This document shows positions 13,545-27,074 of a stretch of 64,000 bases of DNA, in pieces. Source of the stretch: Lama glama (lineage: Eukaryota); assembly GCA_028534125.1 (NCBI GenBank), contig CM052816.1:53446001-53510000 (forward strand), in the 5' to 3' direction. How positions within the stretch are numbered: the first letter of the stretch is position 1; every line of letters starts with the position of its first letter. Both the position numbers and the translations under genes were made by a program. A model generated the notes under the pieces. The model did no database searches and was not told the origin of the DNA. It saw only the letters and a list, made by a program, of their open reading frames with translations.

Positions 13545-14367
13545 TTTTTTAACATTTTTTATTGGTTTATAATCATTTTACAATGTTGTGTCAAATTCCA
13601 GTGTTCAGCACAATTTTTCAGTCATTCATGGACATATACACACTCATTGTCACATTTTTTTCTCTGTGATTTATCATAACATTTTGTGTNNNNNNNNNNN
13701 NNNNNNNNNNNNNNNNNNNNNNNNNNNNNNNNNNNNNNNNNNNNNNNNNNNNNNNNNNNNNNNNNNNNNNNNNNNNNNNNNNNNNNNNNNNNNNNNNNNN
13801 NNNNNNNNNNNNNNNNNNNNNNNNNNNNNNNNNNNNNNNNNNNNNNNNNNNNNNNNNNNNNNNNNNNNNNNNNNNNNNNNNNNNNNNNNNNNNNNNNNNN
13901 NNNNNNNNNNNNNNNNNNNNNNNNNNNNNNNNNNNNNNNNNNNNNNNNNNNNNNNNNNNNNNNNNNNNNNNNNNNNNNNNNNNNNNNNNNNNNNNNNNNN
14001 NNNNNNNNNNNNNNNNNNNNNNNNNNNNNNNNNNNNNNNNNNNNNNNNNNNNNNNNNNNNNNNNNNNNNNNNNNNNNNNNNNNNNNNNNNNNNNNNNNNN
14101 NNNNNNNNNNNNNNNNNNNNNNNNNNNNNNNNNNNNNNNNNNNNNNNNNNNNNNNNNNNNNNNNNNNNNNNNNNNNNNNNNNNNNNNNNCTGATAATTAG
14201 TGATATTGAGCATTTTTTCATGTGCTTTTTAATCATTTGTATGTCTTCTTTGGAGAATTGCTTGTTTAGGTCTTCTGCCCATTTTTGGATTGGGTTGTTT
14301 ATTTTTTTCTTATTGAGTCGTATGAGCTGCTTATATATTTTGGAGATCAAGCCTTTGTCGGTTTCAC
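13545..14367 (-). mobile_element. Young camelid-type L1, 5'-truncated, spanning an assembly gap
   Basis: L1 3' tail left of the gap; ORF2 C-terminal peptide ([38 protein letters not shown]) right of it; 13-bp TSD tgggagagaaatt at 13532-13544 and 14368-14380. Confidence 0.92.
13690..14189. other. Assembly gap (500 N)
   Basis: Run of N. Confidence 0.99.
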
Positions 14368-14593
14368 TGGGAGAGAAATTAACAGAGACACCACGTCAGA
14401 GGGGAGCTCTCCACCCTCACTCCCTGAGTAGGCGCACTTCTCAGGATGAATGTCTATGGTTCATCTTGGTTTTCTGTGCACTTAGTGGTTATGGCCTTCT
14501 ACAAGGAGGAGTGTGACAAAACAGTAGACTAAGGGCATGTGCATATGTTAAACCAAAAGTGTTAATTTGCTGTTTCTAAATCCTAAAGATGTA

Positions 14594-14802
14594 CAGTGGA
14601 GCCCCTGAACAACCCAGCCGTTTGAACTGAGCTGGCCTACTTGTATGAGGATACTTTTCCAGTCCCAGACACTGGGGAGTAGGTCGACTCCTGGATACAG
14701 AGGAACTGCAGATATGAAGGGCTGACTATCAGTTATAGTTGGATTTTCTGACTATGCAGAGGGTCGGACCTCCTAACCCCCCTGTTGTTCAAGGGTAAAC
14801 TG
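14594..14802. mobile_element. Tigger2a/MER8-type MITE, second copy
   Basis: ta|cagtggagcccctgaacaac ... gttgttcaagggtaaactg TIRs. Confidence 0.7.
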
Positions 14803-15817
14803 ATTATTAGGTATCTTAGAATTTTTTCATAATTTTAAACAATCATTTGGCATTCCAGAGAAGCTCATTTTAAATTTCACGACAAAACTATTTGTAGTTT
14901 TAGAAAAGTCCTACTGAGGGTGTTTAGCTATGAATTGGAGTGTCCTTGAATAATTATACTAAAAAATAAAGTGTCTGATGGATCTTATGGCTTAACTTGG
15001 TATCATCAGAAAGAGTAACATGATAATCTCCCTTTTTGGTAATGCTTCTGGAGTAGACAGAATAGCATTCAAACAATCTACTGGGGTTGGAACTAGTTGA
15101 TTTTTTTACCTCGTTCTTCTAGTTTCTAGAATTTTAAAATCTTCAGGTAGATTTTATAAACTACTTTTACATATTGTTCAGTGAGTCAGTACCTAAAACA
15201 AAAAGACAAGTGCTTTTTGAAGTGTTGCTACATTCACAAGGCCGATTTTTGCAAGGATGTTAAATTAAAAAAAAAAAATTGTGGCTATGATTCATACCCC
15301 GGGTGCGTTTATAAATTCTTACATTGCAGAAGTTCATGATTCAGTCTGTCAGATGATTTCCCTTCTTGAGACTCTTACAGTGTTGTGAAAATTTAGTGAT
15401 TTGTTTCACAAATCCCTTCATCTGTCTCCTTGTGTAATACTTTCTGTTTTTAAAGCTGTGAGCACTTTATCATCCAGCCCCATGCCAGCCCTGCTGCGTG
15501 GCCTGGCTCCATCCTGCACTGAGCCCTGTTGCCTGCAGACTGCAGAACACTTTTCAGAGACAGTCTGTGGCTTCATGATTCAGGGAGAAGTACTATACTT
15601 TATCAGTTCTTCTGAGCCTTTCCCAGGAACGCTGTGACAGTAAAATGGGTGACTGGTAAAACTAATTTTCAGTTCTCATGATGATATACCTGCTGTAGGA
15701 TTCCAGGTGTTGGTATGGGTAAACTTTTAATTTTAAAGTATGAAGATGCTTGCCTTTGACAGGGCTCTGCCAGTTAACATCTGTTTGTTTGTATCCAGTT
15801 GAAAAATGAGTTTCTAA

Positions 15818-15891
15818 CGTTATGCTTTACACCAGAAATTGACACAACATTGTAAATTGACTATACTTCAGTAAAAAAGAATGCAAAAAAA
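15818..15891 (+). mobile_element. Extremely truncated L1 3' tail with poly(A)
   Basis: acaccagaaattgacacaacattgtaaattgactatacttca plus A-tract; degenerate 16-bp TSD at 15802-15817 and 15892-15907. Confidence 0.75.
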
Positions 15892-18800
15892 AAGAATGAT
15901 TTTCTAAAGCATAATTTTTCAAAATTTGTTAGCATTAGCCTAGTTAAAATAGAAGTATCTTGATTATCAGTATTTATTAGCATCTTTTGAATGTGGACAC
16001 TGTATCTTAGATATTGGAGGGAATGCTTTGTATTTATTAATTTAATTAAATGACCCATTCCTCAGTTTCCCCACCCATGAAATGAGATACCAGCACCTTC
16101 CTGAAAGCTGCGCGAGAGGAAGTTGAGCAGCAGTACGTGCGTGGTGCACGATCAGCACGGTGCCTGCCGCTTTAGGAAGCCCGTCAGTAGCACCTGTGCT
16201 GTGAGTTCTGCTGCATGAACTCATTCTGCACCAGATGTACACACATGGCAATGAGTTGAGGAGAATGTAGTAGAGGAATGAGAGCATAAAGTGGGGAGCG
16301 TGCAAACAGGGTTGAGTTAGGACCGTGGTTTCTATTTCATATGGTGCCTTTTAACTCACAAGTCCACAGCAGATACAGTTCTGTGGCAGAATGCTCACAT
16401 GAAATGCATTGGTTTAAGCATGTCAGGATTTTCTGTTCCTGGGAGCACAGTTACCCTCAAGAGAGATCCAATTTGAGACAGATGGTGGTGCTTCAGAGAT
16501 CAACTGTAAATCAATGAAATATCCTGGCAGCTGAGAAAATAAGGGATGGTTATCAGAACCGAGAAATAGGAGAAATGGCAAGTGGAGATGGGTGAATACT
16601 GGATGTTGCTCTGCGTCTGTGCAGCTCCCATTCCCTCACTTGCCCTCCTCTTCTGGACTCAGAACGGCAGTCTTGGTGACACTTCACGTTGTCACCCAGG
16701 CAGTCGGTGAACATGGTTGATCTGAGTAAATAAAGCTGAGAGGATGGTTAGGTGGAAGGGTACAGTTGATTCTTCCCGTTGAATGACATTTGCCAGTTTC
16801 TCTTTTGATTAAGACGAAAGACTATTGTAATAATGAAATCCAAACATTTCATTATGATCTTTTTCCTTCCTTTCCATGGAAATGAAGTAAAATCTAAAAC
16901 TCTTCATTCCTTGGCTCGACAGGAAGTACGGTGACCCTGACCGTCTTAACCCATTTTTAAGCAGTGGACTTTGTGTGTAAAATCTGCAAACGCAGAAGGG
17001 TCAGGTAGAATCACAGGACAGGAAGCTGAGCCAAATTTTGATCCTTTTGAATTAAAACTTGTCCCCAGCGCCAGGGATGGACTGTGCCTCCGGGGAGGTA
17101 CTTGGAAAGTCATGTTGCCATTTGTCAGCCTCCTCCGGTCTGAGCTCTCTGGGTCTTCTCATTTGAACTTTTGGAAAACCTCCTCAGCATGGAGGACTTC
17201 CCCGAAGCTGGATCTTCAGAGTCTCACATCCTGATTTCCAGGCAGAACTGCATTAAAAACATAGTAACTGACTTCGTTTGTTTTTCTGTCTCCAAGGTGT
17301 TTGGCCCCCTGCTCGTCCTCCTGGCCCCGGTGGGAGAGGAACACTCAGTTACTCAGACGAAACACTGACAGGAACAAACCCTGGAAATGGTGACCAAGTG
17401 TTGGCTGGGGAGGCCCAGTTCTCCTTCAAGCAGGACTAAACATTTCCCAAATTAATTCTGACAGAGGGGGACAGATTTAACTTTCTGAAGTGTCCCAAAG
17501 TGGTTTAGGAGATTTTAAGTCAGTTCTCTGTTTGAGGCTCAGTTTTTCCAGTTTCTCACCTCTACTACCTGTTGGGTGCCTCATTTGTGTCCGATACTTA
17601 ACTTTTTAAGCTGTGCTGTGGAAGTTTAGATCTTGGAAAACTTGGCCCGGAATGTCAATGCCATGTGATATCTTTGGTTTGATGTTGGGGTCAAATGCAG
17701 GCCACTGCATGGCCTTCCTTCAGGAAAGAATGGAGGCTTGTCTCAGTTTCCTCGTGGTTCTCAGCGTGCATTCAGTTGACAACAACGTAACAGTGTATCG
17801 GGGTGAAAAATTACTCGCCTCCACGGGGTTTTTGTGTGGACAAGACTCGGACTCGGAAAATTATAGATGTGTGGGCGCATGGTCACATGTTAATGTGTGC
17901 AGCCCTAAATGCTGGGCACAGGCTACTACTATTCTGGGTTATTTATTTTACTTTAATGAACAAAGAAAAATACAGTGCATTTGAATGACGTAATAATAGG
18001 CAACTGCATATTCTCAAGATACCAGTAATCATGGGTCAGAAAAAGACAGTGAAGAGGGTGTTTCACTAAATATTTCCAGGCTTTGTCTCACAAAGACTTG
18101 GTTGTAGTTTTGAATGGCTAAAAGGAGATAGATCCAATTTAGTGTTGCATTCTTTGTGAGTCAGATGCCTGTTTTAAACAGCTTCTTTCAGATTTCAGCT
18201 GCTGGGTAAAGTCACTGACTATCTCCCAGCCTAAGACTGCCTGGATGCTGATTGACTCACAGTGTTTGCATTTGGATTATTCCATCCTAGGCCAGTCTAT
18301 GTTGGAAGCAGAAACAACGTGGGGCTGGGCAGGAGAGGCGGCTCTTCTGCTCCCTGGGTGTGGAGAGGTGGTGCGGGTTCCCCGGGACTGGGGCTCGGTG
18401 TGGCAGGGTTGCCCACCAAGCAGTGTCAAATCCCATCAGTCCTGTGTCTCCCCCTCCCCCACTCCGACCCCCGGCCAAGGGCCCAGGGAACAGATGGTGG
18501 GAGAAGTCCTGGCCTGAGGTTCCTATTCGCTCTCCTCAAAGGCAGTGGCCTCTGGGTGGCCATGGGGGCTGGACCACCTTCCTCTGCCGGCCCAGCTATG
18601 TTAACAGAAACAGGCTAGAAGACAGGGCTTGGCCAGAGAGACGGTTCTCCATGCTCACCTCCCCCGACTTTTGCCCGCATTACTTTTCCACCTTCCTGCT
18701 TCCCCTAATGACTGTCCTCTTCCCCTTCCAGGGACCAGCTGTCACTGTTGAGACGCTCACCACCTCTTCCCGTGGGACCCTCTCCCCAGATTTGGCATGT

Positions 18801-19154
18801 TTATCTGATTGGTGGTCCAAGTGGTTTTTCAGAGGCGTGGATTTTCACCTTTCCCCCTTTGTGCCAGGATGTTGCTCTTCGGTCTATAGCTCTTTTTTCA
18901 TTTCTTTTCTCTTCCCTTTATTCCTGCCCCTCTTTCGTCTCCACAGGGATTAAAGCGACTTGATCTCCATCAAGGCTGGTATCATAGTGGTTGTATTTCT
19001 AACATTCTGCCTGCAAGTGCCCTTGCACAGACCGCTGAGGCATGAGCTTATGTGGGCAGTTTGTTCTTATCCGATGGCCAAAGAAATGGCCCACTGGATT
19101 CTGTCTTCCAAGGTCATGGGACTAAAACTCTCTTTTTTAACAATATCTTTGCTG

Positions 19155-19350
19155 CCATTTACTAAATACTTACTGTGTCAGGCTCTATGCCAAGTATTTT
19201 ACATGTATTTTCGTATTTAATCTTCATATCGACTTTACGAAGTAGGTAGCATTAGCCCTGTTTTATAGCTGGGGTAACTGAGGCATGGAGGGGTTAGTTA
19301 CGTACCCAACTTTATTCTGCTAGGATATGCCGTTGCCAGGACTTGAGTCT
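19155..19350 (-). mobile_element. MIR SINE
   Basis: catttactaaatacttactgtgtcaggc...aactgaggcatggaggggttag. Confidence 0.75.
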
Positions 19351-19369
19351 CCTCTCACTCTAGATCCTG

Positions 19370-19583
19370 TGCCTCAACCACAGGTGGGTACCTTTTAGGG
19401 CAGAATTGTCTTTAAGGGGCATATGGCAGTATCTGAAGACATTTTTTATTGTCACAGCTAGGAGAGTGCTTCTGGCATATAGTGGGAGGGAAGAGGCTAG
19501 GGACGCTGCTGAACATCTTCCAACTTACAGGACCAAGAATTTTCCGGCCCCAGATGTCACAGTGCTGAGGTTGAGAACCCCTG
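19370..19583 (+). mobile_element. MER20 hAT element
   Basis: ggcagtatctgaagacattttt...ggccccagatgtcacagtgctgaggttgagaacccctg. Confidence 0.75.
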
Positions 19584-21769
19584 TTATAGACACAGCAGAG
19601 CGTTTGTGTTTAATAGTTAAGGAGTACCATCCAGCTGATGTTCTGAAAGCTTAATTATTTCAAGAAATATTCCTTGTTTGCATAGTTTAAAATATTTTTA
19701 AACTGCTCAACAGGGAGAAAATATATATCTGTTTACAGGGAGAAAACATTTTATGAAATGCCTAACTTCTGAAAGGCACAGGATGTCCAACACCTCCTCT
19801 ACCTCCGTTGTGATTTGGTTATTGGAACAGAGCATGCCTTTTGGATAATTAGGCCAGAGGGTTTTTCTTCGGTTGCCACTTAGAAGCTTCGTCCGCGTAA
19901 ATTCTCTGCTAGGTGTCAGCAGGGTGTTTTAAAATCGGGTGTCCTGGCTTTGTTTGGGTCTCCTGAGTGGATGAGGCTCACGCGGCCCCACAAGCCACGT
20001 GCACAAAGCCCCACTGACCAGCCAGGGGAGCGCGCAGAGGCTGCGCAGGGCAAGCCGCGGAGTTTCTGGGCAGCCCGGGCTGCTTGCGGGGTCCTTGTGC
20101 AGCCTTAATCACAGCCTCCTGCTTTCATGTTCCCGTCATGTGCTCAACCCTTCTGCTCAACAGGCAAAGCCGAGAGTTCCCAGTTCGAGAAGTTTAAGGT
20201 CTTCCTGTTTGTCTGATACTCCTGGCAGCGAAACCGCGGACATCTGTGCATTGTCCGGCCCATTTCCTTCCCCCAGCCCCCTCCTCACGCCCCTAGCGCC
20301 TCAAAGTGCTGTATTGTTCACATTCTTCCTCATCTTGACCTTGGGCTGCCTGTTGATTGTAAAGACTACTCAGATAAGGCACTCCTTGGGACTTCTTTTT
20401 CTTTTGATGAAATGCTTGGGGCCGGGAAATTCAGAATCTAGCTGAGATGCAACGCACAGCATTTTGAAGTGTATCTCACACGACTTTGAGACTGGCTGTA
20501 GCTCCTGCTCAGCCATCTCCTTATCTCTTTTTAGGGCTGAGTATTTGTGTCTTACAGCGTGAAATGCCGTCGGCGGCCGCTGGACTCTGCGGACCACGCG
20601 CCCCCCGCCCCATCTCCCTCCGCCTTGCCTTCCCGGACCGGACCGCGGGCGCCTAGTTCTTCCTTCCCCCTTGGCCAGCTCCTTGGGCCGTCTGGCAGTT
20701 TTCTCCTATCCCCAGGGTACATCCTGGTCCTCCTGCCCTCTGACTCCACACCGTCACTCGGGAGATCTCATCCTTACCCCGGAAGACCCCAGGTTCCCCA
20801 GTGCCTGGTGTGTGTCCTCAGAGACCTCTTGTTTCCTCCACCCCAACTAGACCATGAGGTTGCCCAGCGTGGCCCTCCTCCTTTAGTCCTACTCCAGGGA
20901 ATGGGAACATTCAAGTAGTTGTACAGAGATCTGGGAGTCACCCTTGACTCCTCTTCCCAACGGCCTCCACGGCCAGCTAGTCTGAGTCTTATGGTCCCTT
21001 GTAGACATTTCTTAATCCTGCCCCCTCCTCTGCAGTAGTTCCGGCCTTTTCCTTCCTGGCCTGGATCCCTGCAGGAGCTTCCTTACTGGCCTTGCTGGCC
21101 CTGCAGGTGTGCCCCTTTCGGAAACACTGGCAGCAATGTGCTGGATCTGGGGTCTGCTGCCCCTCTTTGGACAGACCTGGCGATCCGCAGGTCCTGGCAC
21201 AGCCCATGTGCCGTGTGCAAGGCGTACGTGCAAACACACTCAGGGCAGGTTTGTTCCTTTGGTTACTTGTTGACCCTTACAGGTGTCCATGAAAATGATT
21301 AATAGAGGATCTATAATAGGAATAGAAAAGAAGATGATAGCCGCAGAGACAGCCTCTCAGCTCACTCTGAGGAGATGCTCTGGAGCAGCCTGGCTTTCAG
21401 CAGTTTTATATCTTGTCAGAATAAAGAACATCAAACAAGTCAAGGTTATGTTCCTTCAAGGTTTCAAAACAACAAGTTAGCAAGCACACAGAAAAGCGAG
21501 TCAGTATGGCCGTGGCACCTAGGAAGGGAACCTTATCATCGAAGGAGTACCAGCATTGACATCCCCGGGATGGAGGCATTTAATCATTATTTTTAACATG
21601 GACATTCTTTACTTCTGGTCATTGTGTCCTTTTCTTTAATAATTAAATCAGAAGTGCAACGTATGTTTGATAGGCCACAAGCAGACTGTCTTAGCATAAA
21701 ATCGAGTTAAGTGATGTATAAGCCAGAATGACCTCCCCATACCTCAGTATGTGAAAATTTCTTTCATCA

Positions 21770-22230
21770 CAGATATCCTAGAGATGACTTTTCTAAAACG
21801 CAAGTCTGATTTTGTCTCTTCTATGCTGAAAATACTGTAGGGGCTCCTCATCATAATGTCTAAAGCACAGATCGAAATCCCAAACGTAAGCTATTCAGCA
21901 CCTCCCAGGATGGTGCCTGCTTCTCTTCCCACTACATTTCTGCCCATGCCCCCGGCCCCACCTTCGCGCTAAGACCCTGATCTGAGCAGGCCCTGCGCTT
22001 AGTGTTTGTTCTGGTGGCCCTCCTTGCCTCCAGGCAGCACAGAGCACCCCTCCTTACCACTTCCATGGCACCAGCTGCTCTGTGCAGGGCCCACCTGCTG
22101 ACTTCCCTGTCACCCTACTGGCCTGTGACCCCTCTGAGGATGGGGAGTCGTCATTTTGGTATCTCAGCACTGGTTCCACACCAGGCACATGAATAGCCTT
22201 CAGAAGTCACTGTCAGTGGAATGTGAATGG
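21770..22230 (+). mobile_element. L2 LINE 3' fragment
   Basis: ttttctaaaacgcaagtctgat... ending in a gaatgtgaatg-like L2 tail. Confidence 0.5.
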
Positions 22231-25200
22231 TATGGATTTCACTATCAGAAATGAGATCATGTGGTTTCTGAGGAATGAACACTACCAGCCAGGCTGCTTC
22301 AGTTTTGCTTTCTGTCTGAGGAAATTAGGGTCTCCTAGACACTAAATGTCTTACATAAGATGAAAACTTGTAGATTTCTCCATCACATCTATCGGAGCCC
22401 TCTTCCTTCCTCTCCTGTAAAGGTCCCACCTGGTTGGGAGCTAAGAGAGAATTTAGTGGGAAGGGACAGCTTGAAGAAAGGGTTGCAGATTCCTTTCGAG
22501 GATCACACTGTGTACTCACAGACTCTTCCCCTACTGTGGTGATTAATTTTTCCCTGAGCCAAATTAATACATATTCAATCCAGTGCAGACTGCCTCTTTG
22601 AGTAATGAAGAGCCCTCCCAGCACCATTCTTTTTAGGACTAGAAGATGCTGCTTTCTGGAACAGAAGCAGAAGAGGGTGAAGCAGACCTGCCAGTGTCAC
22701 CCCATCAGCCTTGATGTCAGGGGCATGTTTACCTCTCAGAACTGCCGAAACCCCATGTGCCCTAGGAGTTTCTTTCTTGGTCAAACTTGGATCGGAAAAC
22801 CAGACGCACTTAAAAGTTATCCTAATTCCTTGAAATTGTTACAGAAAGTTCACAAATAATCCTGTAAGTTCAAAAGGGAATCTGAATGGGTAAGGGGGCT
22901 GTTAAAACCTAAGGTTAATTTTCATCCTTCTGTTTAAATTTCGTCATACTAAATAACCAGCAGATATGCTTGAATGAAAAATCATTCACCCTTTCAGCTG
23001 TTGTTTCTACTTATACACACCAAGAAAACTTGAGGGGCATCAGCCACTTCTGTTTTGCTCAGAACGTAAGCACCATCCAGCCCTTTAGCTTTCTCTTTAG
23101 AAATGTTTTTACACCACCATCCAGAGTGACCCAACAGAAACAGAAAAACCCCAGGCCCCGCCCCGTTCTCCAACTGCAACTTTCCCATTTGAACTAACGG
23201 TAGGATTCCTTCCCAGTTACTCTCTTCCTGATGGTTTCCTTGGAGTTCTCCCAGCTCTCGTGCTGCCCCACCCACCGGAGCGCACGGACTTCTCAGTGGC
23301 TCATCAGGCTCCTCTTGGCCTTGGTCTTTCTTATATCTGTGTGTTTCCTGATTCCAACTATAATATCGGTTCCATGAGTGTCTTTGTGTCCCCTCCCCGC
23401 GCCCCTCCATAACCCAGTGTGTCCTCCACACACCCCGGACTGTCAGACCTTGAACTAGATGTGAGCTGGCAGAGGGCACCTGCCTTGTCTTTCCAGTTTA
23501 GAGTGTCAGTTGCTCATTAGTCACCATGATAAACGAGGAGCACCCATGCATATGAATAGGAATTCTCCAGTTTGGGGAGACCACAATATGTGACTCCTCT
23601 TTAAGTTTCAGTAGATGTTTAATGAGCATTACTTTCCAAGAAGGGTGAGGTTTAATGAGATAAGAACAGAGGAAAGATTCAGAAATCACATATTCTGGGC
23701 CCTGGGAAAAGTAAGAGCTATTTTTTGCAGAATTGGTGCAGTTTCACCCATTACCTCAGCAGTGCATTGCTTCTGTTCGTTGAAGCCTCTGGGCCCTTGG
23801 CTCCTTGGCAGGGCTGCGAGGTGTGTCCGTGTGTGCACAGTTCAGTCATCAGCTCGTTCCCACCTACACGCAGTGGCCTCAGGAGGGCTGCGCTTGTCTT
23901 CCTGCCCAAGTCGCAGAGGCCGAAACGGTTTAGCCCTTGCTTTTGTGAATGGCCATCTCCGTGAAAGCTTAGTCTGCAACACTGTTCAGGAAGTTAGGAG
24001 GAGTGACGCTGGGCGTGTTTGTGAGTGCAGGTCTTCTCCCAGCCCGTGCCTGCAGTTTAGGATGTGTGTGGTTGACACCCGGTAATTCGTCTACCAGAAC
24101 CTCCTACCCCTGGCCTTTGCTACCTGCAATTATCATTGTAATCAGGTCAAATTGACCAAACCTTTGTAAAATGCTGCCTTTGCCAACATTGAGACCAAAA
24201 TTTAAAAAAAAAAATTTTTTTTTAATTCGTCCACGATCTCAGTGATAAGTACTGAGTAAAACTGAAAAATCTCTTTAAATTGGTCTCAACTCAGCAGCTT
24301 CACCACCAGGCTGTTGGGCTGGAGCGTTGAATTTTTAAACATCATTTGAATCATTTCAAATGACTAACAAAATAAGACACTTTATTAGATCATTAATAAG
24401 GATATTTATCAGAAATAAGTGGCCCTGGATGGATGCAAATCAGCCTTCTGGGGCCATTTATAACTGATGAGAGAATTGCGCTGCTTAACTTTAATAATTC
24501 ACCAAGGAACAGAAAATAAACAGCAGCAAACATTAATTTTATTGGACAATTTCATATGGTTTATGTTTTGAAATAAAAGGATATGACTTAACTCCTGCCT
24601 GAAACTAAAGCATGTAAAAAGGAATCTCTCGTGTTGTGTTGCTGGCTTCTCTAACTGGAGAACCAGTACTCAGATGCATTTGTTAATCAGTTGGCATCCT
24701 TCTTGAAATACGTAAGATACCAAAATATAAACGCTTTAAAAAATGACCAAAACTTTGTATTCTATCATTATGCTCTGGCATGTGGCAATGGAATTTTTCA
24801 CAGGCAAGCATTTTACTTGTCTAGAACAGAAGCCAAAGTATGTAAGAAAGGGAGGACCCTTTTTATGACTGTGGACTTTCAGAACCAAGTAAGGCTTCTT
24901 TAACTGCAGGGCCCATCTCTGAAGCTGAGGACAGAGGGGGCCTCATTTTTAGCTGTTAGCCCCAAGACTGGAGTGGGGACTGCTCTGCTGGTTTTCCAAG
25001 AATGAAGGACACTCTGGACCTGGAAATGAAAGGATAGAGGTAGGTTCTCCCTCCCCAGAAAAAAAAAAGATGTTGAGAAGAGGGAGCCAGTCCAGCCTGT
25101 GCCCTTTGACCATGGCCCTTGGACAGCCCCCTGTGCTCAGAGGAGACCTTCTCTTGTGCCTCTACACTTGTATTCCTCATAACGTACAGGGCGTTCCCCC

Positions 25201-26014
25201 TTCCCATCCAACCAGAGATGCAAGACTTGGAGAGCCATCTGTTCCAGCAGGAGCCCTGGTCTGGGAGAACGCGATGAAGGGTAGTCATGTGCTTGAAATG
25301 ACTGTGTTTGGGAGCTGAAAGTGATGGTGACAGTGGTGACCGGCAGGTCTGACCACTCGCTTCATGCTGAGACCCTGAAGTCAGAGCAGCTGAAGGAGCT
25401 GTGTCTGGTCACCTGCCGTTAGCCAAGAGCCTAGGCCAGAGCCTATGTTTTGCCTGCTTCCTGTCTAGTGTTTTGTTTCCAACTATGACTTTGCCATTTG
25501 ATAAAAAAATTTCAGTCTACAGAGAGTTACTGATATTAGAAGGTAATTTTTTTTTTGTGACCACATGGAGATAACCTTCCTAGAGCAGAAAAATAAATGT
25601 TAACCAATACGATAGTAGTAATGATTCCTACCACCTACTGAGTACTTAAAATTATACCTTGCTTTACACCCACGGGAGTTTGTCATCCTTGTACCCCGCT
25701 TTGAGGTAGATACTTCTGTCACCTGCATCCTTGTCCAAAGACACAGAGCTAGTTAAAGGGACAGCCAGGGTGATAGCATTGAAATAGGTCTTTTGTATCC
25801 TTTTGCATTTGTTTTTATCCTTTCTGCTGTACAGCTTCCATGGAGAAACTTGGTATTTGAGGGTAAGGCTGATTACCCATGTGACAGGCGGGCCCAAGAA
25901 CAGGAAGGTCTAAAAGGGGAAAGGAATGCTGGTGGCGTGACTGCAGAAGTGGCCATGTCCATGTGGGGCCTGCGGAGGCTGGATCCTGCCCCCGAGAGTG
26001 TATCCCACCTGCTT

Positions 26015-26220
26015 GGAGTACTTACTGTCCACCAAGCACTGTCCCAAGCTTGTTGCTTACTTGAACTTAGTGGGTCTTTGCAACAAGCCTATGTGGTAGG
26101 TTCTGTTAGTGCCCCATTTTACAGACACAGGAACTGAGGTACAGCGGCACATCTGAGCTCAAGGTTACCGCCCAGAAAGTGGTAGAACCAGGATTCACAT
26201 GTCAATGGTGGCTCCAGACT
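26015..26220 (-). mobile_element. MIR SINE
   Basis: ccccattttacagacacaggaactgaggtacag...gtggtagaaccaggattca. Confidence 0.7.
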
Positions 26221-26575
26221 GACTCATTCCCTGAGGCTGCCTTTCTGGATGAGCTCATTGACTGGGAGGGTGGGGCAGTGGGTTTTGTAGCAACCTTGGA
26301 AGGGTGGCTGTTGAGCCCACCCTCATCCTATGTGTGAGCCTGAGGGACTGTCCCCAAAACTCTGTCCTGCCCACATTTTATGCTGGGATCTGGACTGATC
26401 AGCCACCCTACTCATGGAGGGTTGGCACATGGGACATGGAGAAAGGGACTTTCTCTGTCATGTGTGGGTGTCTCAGCATGAGGCCCGAGGTCATCAGAGC
26501 TGTGGGAAATGTCTGCTGTGATGAAATCTGTTAATTCCAACCACCTCAGAGGAATCTGTGTCAGCATCCCAGGGG

Positions 26576-27074
26576 TGCTCCTTTTTATTACCTCACCAAA
26601 GTATAGTCTGTTTTTCCCCTGCACTGTCTACCCCCGGCTCCCCTGCTGAGCGCTATTCTGTTTCTCTCACAGGAAAGAATTCAAGAGCGAGGCATATGTA
26701 GTCAAGTGAAGGTAAGTTTATTTAGAGATATACACTCCATAGACAGAGTGCAGACCATCTCAAAGGCGAGAGAGGGAGCGACCACGAGGTACGGGATGGT
26801 TAGTTTTTATGGGCTTAGTAATTTCATGTTAACAAGTAAGAGGATTAGTCCAACTATGCTGGAAGGGACGGGGATTTCCAGGAGCTGGGCCCTGCCCACT
26901 TTTGGCCTTGTAAGGTCACCTAGGACTTGTCATGGTGCCTGTGGGTGAGCATGAGGCTCAAGGTCTACTGGAAGTCAAGTCTTCCGCCGTCTTGGTTGTA
27001 ACCAGTCTGTCCCGTCCTCAACTGCTGTGTCAGTCCTTCGGTGCTCGTGCCCCGCCCCCTTCCCTCCGGTCTCA
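26576..27074 (-). mobile_element. ERV1-type solo LTR (499 bp)
   Basis: TG...CA termini flanked by 4-bp TSD GGGG (26572-26575, 27075-27078); minus-strand AATAAA (tttatt ~26717) and TATA-like tttttatg. Confidence 0.8.

Noticed and set aside
13588..14516. Long ORFs around the first gap
   Set aside because: Artefacts of the N run; the only real peptide is an L1 ORF2 fragment
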